Positions 25,259 through 37,049 of a DNA stretch of 64,000 bases are shown one piece after another. How positions within the stretch are numbered: the stretch's first letter is position 1; each line of letters begins with the position of its first letter. Under the pieces are notes generated by a model, which was given only the letters and a program-made list of their open reading frames with translations, did not search any database and was not told where the DNA came from. The stretch comes from Lama glama (taxonomy: Eukaryota), in assembly GCA_028534125.1 (NCBI GenBank), contig CM052818.1:46130001-46194000 (forward strand), read 5' to 3'. The position numbers and the translations under genes are program-made.

Positions 25259-25411
25259 AACCTTGGTGGCAGATGTTAGTGATTTGTGTTCCAGGGTCAT
25301 GAGCAAAGGTTTAAACATGAGAAGAAAATACTTTGACTGCTTCTCTTGGGACCTCTGTGTGCTGGCGACGTCCTGTTCTGCAGGTTAACGGCCGGGCTTG
25401 GTTTCCGGGGA

Positions 25412-25594
25412 CTAATGGTCTCCGTCCCCCAGGAGGCTGAGTTCCGGTTTGGCTTCTGCCACGTCTCGCCAGTAAGGGAGCAGCAGAGGCAGGGAAGAGA
25501 CTCTCTTCTCTATCAGTGGCCAAAGATGGGTGAACAAAAACTCATTTCCTTTTGGTGATAAATGTAGTCCATCTGACAGATAGGAAGAAAAGTC
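25412..25594 (-). CDS. IAH1: IAH1 exon 6 (catalytic DxxH, stop TAG)
   Basis: ttacag|GACTTT...CATTAG, 183 bp; [60 protein letters not shown]. Confidence 0.97.
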   Translation of the reverse strand, partial: DFSSYLSDGLHLSPKGNEFLFTHLWPLIEKRVSSLPLLLPYWRDVAEAKPELSLLGDGDH

Positions 25595-26653
25595 CTGTAA
25601 GGGAAGAAAACTCAGTCAAGGTGTGCACGGGGCTCCCAGCTGTGGCCGCAGCCGGCAGGTCACCAGCCCCAGGCCAGCAGTCTCCTGGGGCTGCGTTAGC
25701 TGGGTAAGCGCTCACACACCCTTTGTGGAGGCTTCGTAAAACCTCACACCATTAATAAGTACCTGAGCGGAAACGTCCTTCCAGGTCATCAGAAGGCAGG
25801 AGAGGCTTACCAAGTGAATACGGTACATTAATCAACATAAAAAAATTGTCCAAAGAGCTCAGGGCCCAGTGTGTGAGACTGTTTTTGACTCTTAGTCTAG
25901 GTATTAAGTTAACAGGCACGTTATCAGGTGCAGAGATTTTGTACCATCCAGCCAAGAGTCCAGTCCCTCCCACGCCCTGATGCCAGGAGCACCTGCTGTT
26001 AGAGCCCTGCCTCCTTTGGGGAAGAACCTTTTCCGTCCACTAGCGCGTGCCCGTCCCTGTTGGAACCTGGGCGCCAGCTAGCTCGTGACTACAGACCAGT
26101 CTTCTCTCGGGCCTTAGTTTTCTCATCTCTGCTGTTTTAGATCAGATGATCATTAAGGGAGACCTTCCCAGTTCTAGACCCTTGATATGTTAAGGCTAAA
26201 AGGACTTTCTGAGAGTCACTAGCCCAGTTCTCTGCAATTTCCTTTCCTCAGCAGCGTAACTTTTCTAAACCATACTTAAAATTTGTTAACAGGCAAAGCA
26301 GTGAATTTAACTTTCCTCTGGCTCCATAATATGAAACTTAGCCTGGATGTTCTTAAATATGAACCATTTCTTGCTTATTTATTTCACAACATGCCAGTTC
26401 CTGTTATGGGGCCCCTAGAATATGATGCCAACCACTAAGTGTGGGTGAGGAGCCAGGCCAAGCAAGGTGCCGGGTCTGCAGGCTGTCCTGGAGCCTCTCC
26501 TCCCCTCCATCCGCTCCATCCCAACTTTTCTGTTCTATTTGGTGAAAGGAGCAACTATCTCACCTACTCAGAGCGTTCCAGGCAGACAGCACACAGCTGG
26601 GCCACTTCTGTGAGATCCTACTCACCCTGACAGGACCGAGCCAGCCACTGTAC

Positions 26654-26775
26654 CTGACCGTCCTTCTGCATCAGGGTCCACAGGTCAAGTGCGTCAATCC
26701 CACAGTCTTGGGCTACTTGTAAGCAGGCCCTGGCATATTCACCAACAACCATGTTCAGGCGATTTAATTTGCAAC
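26654..26775 (-). CDS. IAH1: IAH1 exon 5
   Basis: aatag|GTTGCA...GGTCAG|gtacag, 122 bp; (G)[40 protein letters not shown]. Confidence 0.95.
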
Positions 26776-27444
26776 CTATTGAGAGGAGAGAAAATGCAGG
26801 TGAAAACTGATAAACCCAAGTACTGGGCTTTGTGTGAGTTCTACTACCTGGAGGGTTTCTCAGTTCGAGGAATCAGGCGTGTGCTTACGGACCAAAGCGG
26901 GCCAACCTCGGGGCTGGGGACCCAAGGACGGGCCTCACAGGGCACCAGTGTGCTGCTCTACCAACCAGCACAGAGCCGGGGGCCACGGGATGAGGGAAAC
27001 ACGGAGGGCATTTAGAGGACACCAAATGGACGCAGAGATAGGAAGGACGGGGGGAGCCAATGTGCTTGGTGAGAATGCAGGCCAGAGGCGAACAGAGTTG
27101 GGCTGGTGGCTGTGAGGGGTTCTCTGGAGAGGGATGCTGGGCTGAGACCCCTGAATTTTTATATGTAATGAGGAGCCACCGCCATAGAGTGGAAAAGTCA
27201 CTTGTAGACTTTGAACCAGGGAAGGGTTGAGCCCGAAGGGACCACAGAGGTCACTCAGGCCAGCCTGGGGGTCATCAACCCTTCTCTGCGTAGGGCTGGA
27301 CAAGACACTTCAGGCTTTGCAGGTAACTAGTCAATCTGCTGTCAAGGCTCAAAAGTGGCCACAGACCATATGCCTGGCTGTCGTCCAATAAAACTATTTG
27401 CTGTAGCCAGTGGGGCACAGTTTACCCACCTCCAGTGCAGTGCG

Positions 27445-27600
27445 GGGTTCTCAACCTTAGGTACAGCAGGGTGACCTGGGGGACGCATGGGGCTCCGCCC
27501 TGGGGCTCTGCTTCAGTAGGTCTGGGAAGAATCCAAGAATCTGCATTTCTACCAAGTCCCCAGGTGATGCTACCTGCTAACCGTGGACCCCAGGAGAACA
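27445..27600. mobile_element. MER5-like hAT-Charlie MITE
   Basis: ggttctcaacctt...cagtaggtctggga...aagaatctgcatttctaccaagtccccaggtgatgct; similar relics near 38660-38760, 60950-61115 and 62490-62630. Confidence 0.6.
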
Positions 27601-28791
27601 TGTGTGCTCTGATGGCTTGTAAACCCGGCTGAAACTAGAGTAAAAAACGTCTCTCACCAGGACTCATCACACACACATCTACATGAGTGACAGTCTCCCA
27701 AGACATGTCCACTGCATGCCAGATACGGATTTTTCTAGTCTATTACAGTTCATTTAAAAAATGTTACATAACTCACTTGGCTTCATGCTCCACAAGTGGG
27801 CTGTGACCTGCCACGTGAGTAGTGCTGAGTTCTGGCCGGCACACCTCTGCTCGTCCAGGCTTCGCATGAATGTCCCTGCGATGACACTACCTCACCAGCG
27901 ACCCCTGATGCAGGGAGGAACCCTCTTGTGACCTAAAGTTGCCTTGGATGACGCCCTTGGGGAGGGGTCCTCCATCTGCCCTCTGGAGCTAACAGCAGGG
28001 CATTTCGTCCTCTTTCTGTGCCAGCATCCTTCAAACGTCTGCTGACAGCTGGCCCTGCTCCCTCACTAGCCCAGTAAGCTGGGTTCTAGTCACTTCTGCA
28101 TCCTGAGCACCCGGCCAGGTCCTGGTGGAGCACGTACAGGTGCAAAGATGAACAGTTTGTGGGGATAAAAGTGACGCCGACGGTAGCGAGGCAGAAGCCT
28201 GGCGCGGGTGAGCCTAGGCACTGCCTCCAGTCGCTCAACCACAGGGACATGGTGGCAGCCTCGCACTGGGGCGCCTCTGGGCCAGGGACCTGCAGAGGAG
28301 CCTTTGCTCTGGGGTGAGAGGCCCCATTGCGGAGGGAGGATCACAGGTGAGGCGAGGCAGTGGAGAAAGCGCCACAACCAGACAGAATGAGCAAAGTGAC
28401 CAGCGGCGGGCACCTCCCACTGCTGGGAAGTCAGGCAGACGCCCCGGTGCGGACGTCCGTGTCTGGGTGCGCACACCCCGAGCCTCAGCACCGGGCGGGC
28501 TGCAGTTCATTGGGCTGCTCAGCCTGATTCTCAGTGGCTTCGTGTGCACCTTGGAGTCAGGCAAATACAAAGCAGCCAATCCCAGGCCAGGGGGCTGACT
28601 CATCCCACGCAAGAATCCCCTTTCTTTGTCAAAAGTTCTCAGGTGGGACATGAGGGGAGTGCTCCTCTAACTGTGTTAACTGAAAGCCGACGAATGTGGA
28701 TTCACCCACCCTTGAGAACCAGAGGCGCACAGGCTGGAGGCCAGCGTCTGGGGGCCCACCCAAGGGGCCCACGTCCAGGAGCCCTGCTCAC

Positions 28792-28953
28792 CTTGCTGGA
28801 GGCACTCCTGTTCCCACGCGGCCTCGCAGAGCGGGGACGGCGTGATGAGGACGAGCCTACTCTCAGGCACGTCCACGGACTTCAGGTACTGCACCATGCT
28901 CTTCAAGTTCGCAACGTACTCCTCCAGGGGGACGTGCTGCTTGGGGTTCTCGT
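28792..28953 (-). CDS. IAH1: IAH1 exon 4
   Basis: aacag|ACGAGA...CAGCAAG|gtgagc, 162 bp; (D)ENPKQHVPLEEYVANLKSMVQYLKSVDVPESRLVLITPSPLCEAAWEQECLQQ. Confidence 0.96.
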
Positions 28954-31085
28954 CTGTTTGGGAGGAATGTGGATGCTTCAGCCCGAGGGCAGGATTGTTA
29001 TGTGGACGACAGGGAGATAAATGCACCTGCAGGTGTGCAGAACTCATGATGGGGCCGGGGCTGTACAGCACCAAGGACAGAAGAGTTCAAGTACATGGTG
29101 CTTCATAAAACGGGCTTCAGAGGCCCTGGCTCGGGGCCTTGCAAGCGCTCTCGTCTTTCTCCTCTAGTGGTCCTATGGTTGTTAATCGACCAGCTTACAC
29201 TCGCAAGGAAAGAGCCTGGGCTGCACAGTGAGATGGCTCAGCTACCACCGGCCTGGCTTTGTCACCGACCAGCCTCGTGCCCCTGGACAAATGACCAACC
29301 TTTCTGATCAATCTTTTCCTCGCTGGTGAAATGAGGACGATGACAGGGTCTGCCCTGGAGGGTTGCTGTGACAGTTACATCAGCAAAGTGTGCGAGGCAC
29401 TTAGAGCATCGGGCCTGCCACAGAGCAAGCTCTCAGCACATAAACTAGGCAACAGCTCTTCAGCTGCAAAGGATTATTTCTAGACGGGCTCGCACGCGAG
29501 AATCCTAAGGCTGACTGCAGGCCATTTGCAAACTACACATTAGTATAATTTAGGAAAAGAATAAACGCCCTTGTGATCCTACCACCCAGAAAAAACCTAT
29601 TTCTTTCCAGTCTTTTCCATGTAAATATGAACACTTTAAAAAAAAGGGGGGGGGGGTCACACTGAAGATAAACGGCCATATTGTGCTGCTTTCCACATAA
29701 CATTACAAGCATTTCTTTGTCCGCAAACAGTCCTCAGAAACGTGGTGTCTGGTGCAGGGCGAGCACCACTAGTGCACTTCCCTGCTGTGCAGCATTCTGG
29801 TCTTTTGCTACTAGAAATAACAGCTCATAGAAACCTCTGCACAGGCACCTGGTGCACTGCTGAGCGTCTCCTTCGGTGGAAGCCTCTTGACATTTGTGGT
29901 CAAGCAGCTTTGCAGAAGGATCACAAGTCTCCCCGCCAGTAGTGGAAGGGGCTGCTCCACACGTGTCAGCTGTTAAGCATCACTGCTTAAAACTACTGAT
30001 TTGAGAATCAAAAAGCCCAAATTCCTTGTTTTAATTTTCATTTTGTGGATGACGGAAGTTTTTACACATTTTCAAACGTGTACTGGTTATTAAATTTCTG
30101 TTGTGAATGATCTGTTCCTGCATTTGCCTGTTTTTTTTTATTGGGGTATTTTTCTCACTGATTTCTACATTAAAAAACAAACTATTTTATTTCATAAATC
30201 TATTTTTTCCTTTGCAACTTCCTCCATTTTTTTTGTACTTAGAAAGTGTTTCTCCTTGTCCTAAATTTGATAAAATTTACCTTTTAATAAACTTCTAATT
30301 TTTGCAGTTTTCTTTCTTAGTTTTTTTGGTATAAGATGTTAGGTGAAGATCTGACTTTTCCAAATACCTTACAGACTCAACCAACAGCAGTGATGTATCA
30401 TCTCTCACAGGCAGCGAGAGCTCCTGCGTCACAGTTGGCAGCTCTCCCTTCCTCTCCAGCCTCACCCGAGAGGCCCTGCATGTGCCTGCACTGCGGAGCC
30501 TGGTTGGGGGGGGGGGTCCGGGAGAAACCTCTGGAAGCTGACTGCTCTCCTCCCTTATGCCGAGCAGAGGGATCTCCTTCCACGAGTAGGAAAGGAAGAG
30601 AGGCCTGTGCTCGGCCAGCCTAGCCTCCAGCCTTGGCAGCAGTTCTTCCCGAAAACACCTGTTTCCCGTCGCCCAAGAGTCAAGCCTGCGCCGGGTCACG
30701 GCGCTGCTGCCCAGAGCTACTCTTTTTCCATTAGTGTGAGTCACACTGTAAGTTGTACATTTAAGCCCTCTGCTACCAACTACATCAACTAAAGAGAAAG
30801 AAACATTAGAAATTTAGCTTGGCACTAATGGATTCTAAAACACATTAAAGTGTTTCAAATTTCAGGCCTATCAACAACCCAGGCAGGTAGAACATAAGCT
30901 GGGAAATAAAATTCACTGACATTAAAGCCAGAAAAAATACATGTAAGTAAACTAGGGAACTCATAAACTTGGCAAAACTTTACCTACTGGGAGATAAGTA
31001 AACAGCTGGAAAAAAGCATATAAATTTAAGTTTGCTGTAACATAAAAAAATTTAGAATGAACTAAGAAAACAAAAATGCCTTTAC

Positions 31086-31234
31086 CTTTTAGTGCACTGT
31101 CATTGGCACCAAAGAAGATTGTAACTGCTACTGGGGTGTCCAAACTGGTCCCTTTCCTGATTAGTCTTGGGAGGATAATTTTGGCCCATCTGGTGTTATA
31201 ACCTGAAAATCCACGATTCAGAACATCGCACTTT
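31086..31234 (-). CDS. IAH1: IAH1 exon 3 (SGNH blocks II and III)
   Basis: ttcag|AAAGTG...CTAAAAG|gtaaag, 149 bp; [49 protein letters not shown]. Confidence 0.97.
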
Positions 31235-32052
31235 CTGAAATGAAAAAATTTTAAAGCTGAATTGTGGGCAAAGAACTGTTCTTGTCCCCCGTAGCCCAGG
31301 CGCAGTGTGTGCCCCGGGCTCTGACAGGGCACAGATGCTGTCCAGGCTCCGTTCTGATGAGACTGGAGCAGTAACACAGTTGAAGCACGCCAGTCTTCCT
31401 TCCTTGTTCCAGGATATAGGTGAATCCACCCCATTCCTAGATGAGAGAGGTCATAAATAAAGATGAACAAAGAGGCTACGACTCCGTCTGCAGACTGCCG
31501 AGCTCAAGCACGTCATTTCATGCAGCGGGGTCCTGCAGATGGAGCTCATAGCAGACAGGTATTAGTCTGAACCAAGCATCTTAGGAAGTCACTTGGCTGG
31601 AACTCTAATGGGGTAAGTGTATACAATATTTCTGAGACTTTTTTATAGACTATTTTTAAGAGGAGTTTTAGGTTTACAGCAAAGTTGAGTGGAAGGTACA
31701 GTTTTCCCACATACTCCCTGCCCGCAACCTCCTACTAACCACCCTGCCCACCAGTGGGTATATCTGTTACAGGTGATAAACTCCATTAACACATCATTAT
31801 CATTATCACCCAGTGGTTTTGATCCAGTAGTTTTAGAAATATACGTTAATTTTGTTTTAGTTTAAACCAGTTAACAGGCATTTTATTCCTTCTTAAAAAG
31901 GTATGATTCACAGTACTATATGGTAAACCGAAAAAAAAAAGATGGAAAGTGAGCTGGTTGCCTGGGTTAGTATCCCAGCTCCAACACTCAGCAGCTGTGA
32001 CCTTGTGTATTTTATAGACGTTTCAAGTTGCCCATTAAAAAAAATTTTTTCC

Positions 32053-32148
32053 GGGGTAGGGGGTGAGAATAGCTCAGTGGTAGAGCGCATGCTTAGCATG
32101 CACGAGGTTCCGGGTTCAATCCCCAGCACCTCCATTAAAAAAAAATAA
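32053..32148 (+). mobile_element. tRNA-Ala-derived camelid SINE (short copy, intact A and B boxes)
   Basis: ggggtgagaaTAGCTCAGTGGtagagcgcatgcttagcatgcacgaggttccgGGTTCAATCCccagcacctccattaaaaaaaaataa. Confidence 0.85.
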
Positions 32149-33583
32149 TGATTCTCAGAGTTCAATTTATGGTTAACAAATTGATGTGGTTAACTTTGGT
32201 GTATGGTTCAAATTCCTACATGTAAGCAACTAAGCAGAGAGGCCAGGCCATCAACGAGTAACTGCAGGCCTGAGGCCAAGCACTGGATGCCGGAGGGCAG
32301 CGGCAGGAGGCTGTTTTGATGCCACTCGGAAAGCTCTCAGCATCTTCGGAACAAAACAAATTCAGCCACATGTTTCTAAGTGTGATAATCTTGTGTTTTT
32401 AGTGTTTAATGATTACAAAAAGCTGACTGGCCATTTTAAAGACGCCACTTACAATACTTCACAGTGGAAGACTAAATAAAATTTTGACAAGTCTGCCGTA
32501 CATCCACCCAGTGGTTAAGTCACTGCAGCACTTACTTAAAAAACAAGAGGCAGAACAGCCCCCTCGCTGAGGCCCCGGTGTGGCCGGGACAGGGCAACGT
32601 GACAGGGCAGCGCCTGCAGTTAGAGCAGCGACTGCCTGGATCTCCCCGCCAGGACTGGCAGGGAGGCCTTAGCCATTTACTCAGTTTCTCTGAGCCTCAG
32701 TCTCCCCAGCAGTAAGAGGTGAACGCTAATACCTAACCTGCTCGGTTATGTGAAGATGAAAAGTAGTGTGGTGGTCAGGCACATACAATGAGCTCGACAA
32801 CGGCGGCCATCACAGTTTTGTTTTGTTTTTTAAATATCATTATTTTAAGGCCCTGAACCAGGAAAAAGCTGCTAGTGAGGCCCAGGGTTGGAACTGTTAT
32901 AGTTTCCTTCTGAAAGGGGAAGAGGATCTGAATTTCTCTGGATTGAATAACACATAATCAATTAACCCAAGTTACTCAAAAGGCTAAAGAAACTGGAAAA
33001 TTAAGAAAGGACTTTACATGAATTCTTGGCTAACAACAGGTATTTAAGTTCAGATGAAGATGGGAAAAGGAAAGAAATTAAAAGATTCCTTCCTTAACAT
33101 CCAGGCTCAGTAAAATTGCCTTCCAGAAAAAATGTAAATTAGGTTTTTATAAATGACAGTGGGCAAGGGCATATCTTTAAAAGCAAACAGCAGAAACTCT
33201 TAAAAACTGAAAAAAGGTGAGTTTATTCTAACTCCTTCAAACCAAGTATTTTTGGTTAAAAAAATATTTAGATAAGGCTAAAAAAAAACCTGATGAAAAT
33301 ATCAATAAACTTTAAAAGCATTTAAGTGGGTTTCAGAATGGTTAAAATGCTTTTATAATGAGTATACAAACATCTTATTTAAAATAGCTAAAACTTAAAG
33401 ATGTCACTCTGGGACAGAATTACGTATTTTAAATTTATGACTATCCACGTAGGCAGTGCAGAAGGGCAGTTACAGTAAGGTGGCTCCATAACTTTCAAAC
33501 TTGGAAATCAGGTTACATTAAAACACCGAATCAAATCAGTTCCGGGCTGTGCACGTGGCTGAAGCAGACATTCAGGGCCTCAG

Positions 33584-33903
33584 TGTCGGAGCCAGCCGAC
33601 AATCGATCAGGTCCAGAAACCTGTGCTGCAGGACTGAGAGAAGGAAAGACGTAACAAAAAGACAGCAAGACAAGAAAAGTTGGGGTTGAGAGGGTCTCAC
33701 TCTCGCCCGCAAGACGCTAGGTCAAGAGTGGACGACGAGTTTATTTCAGGTGGTTCTTTTATATGATTTTAACCCATTAGCTCATACATTCCTGCACGTA
33801 GGCAATAAAGCCTAACCTCATGACTCGTATACATTCAACTCAGGTGATACATTCAACTCAGGTGATTGTTCTCTAAAAGGATCACTGATTTGTGTGCCAA
33901 TTG
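33584..33903 (-). mobile_element. Retroviral LTR (class II / betaretrovirus-like), truncated by assembly gap
   Basis: On - strand: ATATAAAA (33764-33757), AATAAA (33745-33740), then a U5-like segment ending ...CCGACA at 33584; retains many CpGs. Confidence 0.6.
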
Positions 33904-34003
33904 NNNNNNNNNNNNNNNNNNNNNNNNNNNNNNNNNNNNNNNNNNNNNNNNNNNNNNNNNNNNNNNNNNNNNNNNNNNNNNNNNNNNNNNNNNNNNNNNN
34001 NNN
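33904..34003. other. Assembly gap (100 N)
   Basis: Run of exactly 100 n, a typical placeholder for a gap of unknown size. Confidence 1.
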
Positions 34004-34855
34004 CATCAAAGGGGCAGTTGTTTGGTGTGGGACAGAGGGGAGCCTCAGTGCTGGCACCAAAATAGGAGGGCGGTGAAGCGGATGGTGCCTCTGATGCCAA
34101 GACCTCTACACACAACCCTGTGCTCCCCACGCAGCCTAACTTCCCACGTGGGTCTGTCTGTTGGAAGAAGGTGGGCTCAGCGGGCCCACGTGAGTCATCC
34201 GCTCTGCCTGGGTTCAAGCCTGTGGCACTTTTGGTTCCTAATAGGGGTGAGGTGAGTGTGCCCAGGTAGGGGAGGTGTTCTTTGCGGGTGGAGCCCAGGT
34301 GGGGAGAATTCACCTGGGGGAGGCCTCCTGGTGGGTCAGCCAGCAGCCACTTGGTGTCGTGCATCAGTCTGTCACAAGATGCTTTTAAACAGTGACAGAA
34401 ATAAAGCATACCAGACCATACACTGTCTATAACTTCCTCTTTTCTTATAATTACTCTCAGTTCTGAAAAATAACTAGTTTCTAATTAAATGGCCTTCTAG
34501 CAATCACACCTGCACCTGACAAATCTTTAGTACTGGAATTATTAACTATTTCTGTACTGGTGAAACATTTGAAATGCCTGGGTTTTTCAGGCCATTTGAA
34601 TAATTATTTAGCTTTTCGATATTTTCTATTTGATCAGAAAAGGTTAATAGACTAATGAAGGTTACTGAATCACTAACAACAGCAGCTAGCTAGTATTTGC
34701 TGAGCACTTCTTAAGTGCCAGGCACCTGACCAGTCAGCATACATTAGCTTTTTCACCTCCAATCACCAGAGCAGGGGCCCTTGTCATCCCCAGACGCAAA
34801 GGAGTGTAGGTCTGGGGCCAGGCCACCTGACACTTGTGAGTTGTGTGACCTTGTT

Positions 34856-34980
34856 TTTTTTTTGCAGGGGAAAGTGATTAGGTCTATTACTTATTTTTAG
34901 AGGAGGCACTGGGGATTGAACCCAGGACCTCATGCATGCTAAGCATGTGCTTTACCACTTGAGCTATACCTTCCCTGCCC
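34856..34980 (-). mobile_element. tRNA-Ala-derived camelid SINE inserted in a MIR, with 14-bp target-site duplication
   Basis: gaggaggcactggggattgaacccaggacctcatgcatgctaagcatg...gagctataccttccc; TGTGTGACCTTGTT at 34842-34855 and 34981-34994. Confidence 0.9.
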
Positions 34981-36007
34981 TGTGTGACCTTGTTATTTAC
35001 CTCTCTCCACCTTATTTTCCTCAGCTATAAAATGGATATGAGAATGATAAACCACTTTATTATAGGGTAGTTGTAAGATTAAATGAGATAAACACAAAAT
35101 ATGTTAAATAGGCTCTGGCACCTGGTAAGTATTCAATGAAAGCTAGCTATTATAATCCCATTTTACAGAAGAGAAAACTGAGGGATGAAATGATACTTCC
35201 ATGTTTTAGATCAAGTCAACTTAAAGCATTTAGGAACAGAAAAAGCTGGAAGGTCATTTTTTTCATCTCTAGCTTAGGGGATAAAAATGAAGGACAAAGT
35301 GAAGACATTTTAAAACACATTTCACATTTAGAAATAACTTAAAATATATTTTCTTGGCATGTTAATTATACTGAAGAAAATTATCGCTACTACCTTACTA
35401 TTTCTTCCAAAGGACGAAGACAAAACTCCTCCTGATCAATTTACTGACACCCCAAACACAAATACTTGTGTCTACTGTTTTTAATATGGAAAAGATTTCT
35501 AAATCTTTATTTTTTAAGCTCTTGAACTGGGACATTGCTTCCCTTTTAATGATTTCCTTGGCATATGCTTAAATTAATTTTGGCAAATGAAGTATCAATA
35601 TCATCACTATTTCTGATATATTTCATAAAGAGAATTTTTTGAGGAAAAAAAAATCTCTATCCAAAAATGAATCCAACTTTGGCTTTAGAATATATTTTGT
35701 TCTTTCAATTGAACTCCTAATTATTGAAATCATGTGTATCATAACTGAAAAAGAATGCACCTTGTTTAGCTAGTGAATAGCCATTATTTTTTCGATCAAA
35801 GCCCCTTATCAGGGCTTAGTTTCATGCAGTGGCAAAGTTTTAACTGAACCTGAGAGCATCCCTTCTCTTCCCCAATCCCATATATACTCTAACCGGGAAA
35901 GGCTGGCAAGGATGCACAAGGGAGGAACTTACTGTTTGAAACTGTATCATTCACTCTGTCTTCTCCATCAATAAACACTCAAGTATCAGTATAGAAACTA
36001 TCCTCAC

Positions 36008-36060
36008 CTGACCAGCTTGTCAGCCAGTGATGCTCCCCATCCACCCTGCTGGAAAGAAAA
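36008..36060 (-). CDS. IAH1: IAH1 exon 2
   Basis: ttcag|TTTTCT...GGTCAG|gtgagg, 53 bp; FSFQQGGWGASLADKLV(R). Confidence 0.96.
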
Positions 36061-37049
36061 CTGAAGAAAGAAAAGCCCATTACTACGTAGCAGTGTAATT
36101 AGGATATTTTGGTCAGCAAACTCTCCCCTCGTTTTCTCTTTGCACTCCCTGACTTCTTGGCATCCCCACTTGTTCTGCTCCGAGCTCACTCTAGGGATTA
36201 CTACAGCTACCCCTCAGCAGCACTGTGGACGTAAAGGGGTTTTCTTCCCTGTCAACTGGATTTGAGTCAGTCATCTGCATCTTATTGAGACCTATATTAC
36301 AGTCATTGTTATCTAAAAAAGCTACTTAAACCTAGGTACAGGAGACAATCACCTGTACGCTCAGTTAGGAAATGAAATCCATACTGTACTGCCTTTCATA
36401 GTTGAAAGAATTAATACGTAATTAATTTTACAGAACTCAGGGTGCACTTTTTTTCAGATGCATTCCCATGAGTTTGGAAAGTCCTTACTGCCCTACATAC
36501 CTAAAAATAATGTTACCAGTTACTGGCATATACACAGAAAACTGGTTTAGGAAGTCATGTCTGGACGTAAGAAAAAACAAAACAAAAAACACCATGGGAG
36601 GGTAATTTAAAATTGTACTCCCTTTCTTAAGTAAGAACATCTATTTTTCTTTAATATGAGTTGAAATAATCTTGGGTGAAAAGATAATTTTCCACTTTAT
36701 TCTTGGAGGCATTTTAAGATCAACCTGTTCTACCAGAGGGAAGCACAGAGGTGAACTGGTTCCAAATGTTTTCTGCCTGGGAAGGGAGGTACTAAACTGC
36801 AGGAAGCGACTGGGTCGCCACCGTGGTCCGTGCAGGTGACCCTCTCGGGAAGCTCGGCGTGGGATACGAAGCACTGCTCGTGCTATAAGTGACTAAAGCA
36901 TGTGTGGGGAAAGGACAACTGCCACTGACCAGAAGCCATTAAGATGAAAACAACGCGCCTCAGCTTGTACCAGGTCTTCCTAAAATCCCTATGAAAAACG
37001 ACACAGAAAGGAAAGAGCAGCCAACTCAGGCCTTGTCACTCCCAGGGCT

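Noticed and set aside
32059..32134. tRNA-Ala(AGC)-like sequence as a real tRNA gene
   Set aside because: The acceptor stem does not pair cleanly, there is an A-rich tail instead of an oligo-T terminator, and six related diverged copies occur in the window; it is a tRNA-derived SINE
33818..34409. ORFs spanning the N run, and a proposed TSD closing the LTR after the gap
   Set aside because: ORFs are gap artefacts; the second CCTCAG near 34043 is not preceded by CA, so the LTR end cannot be placed
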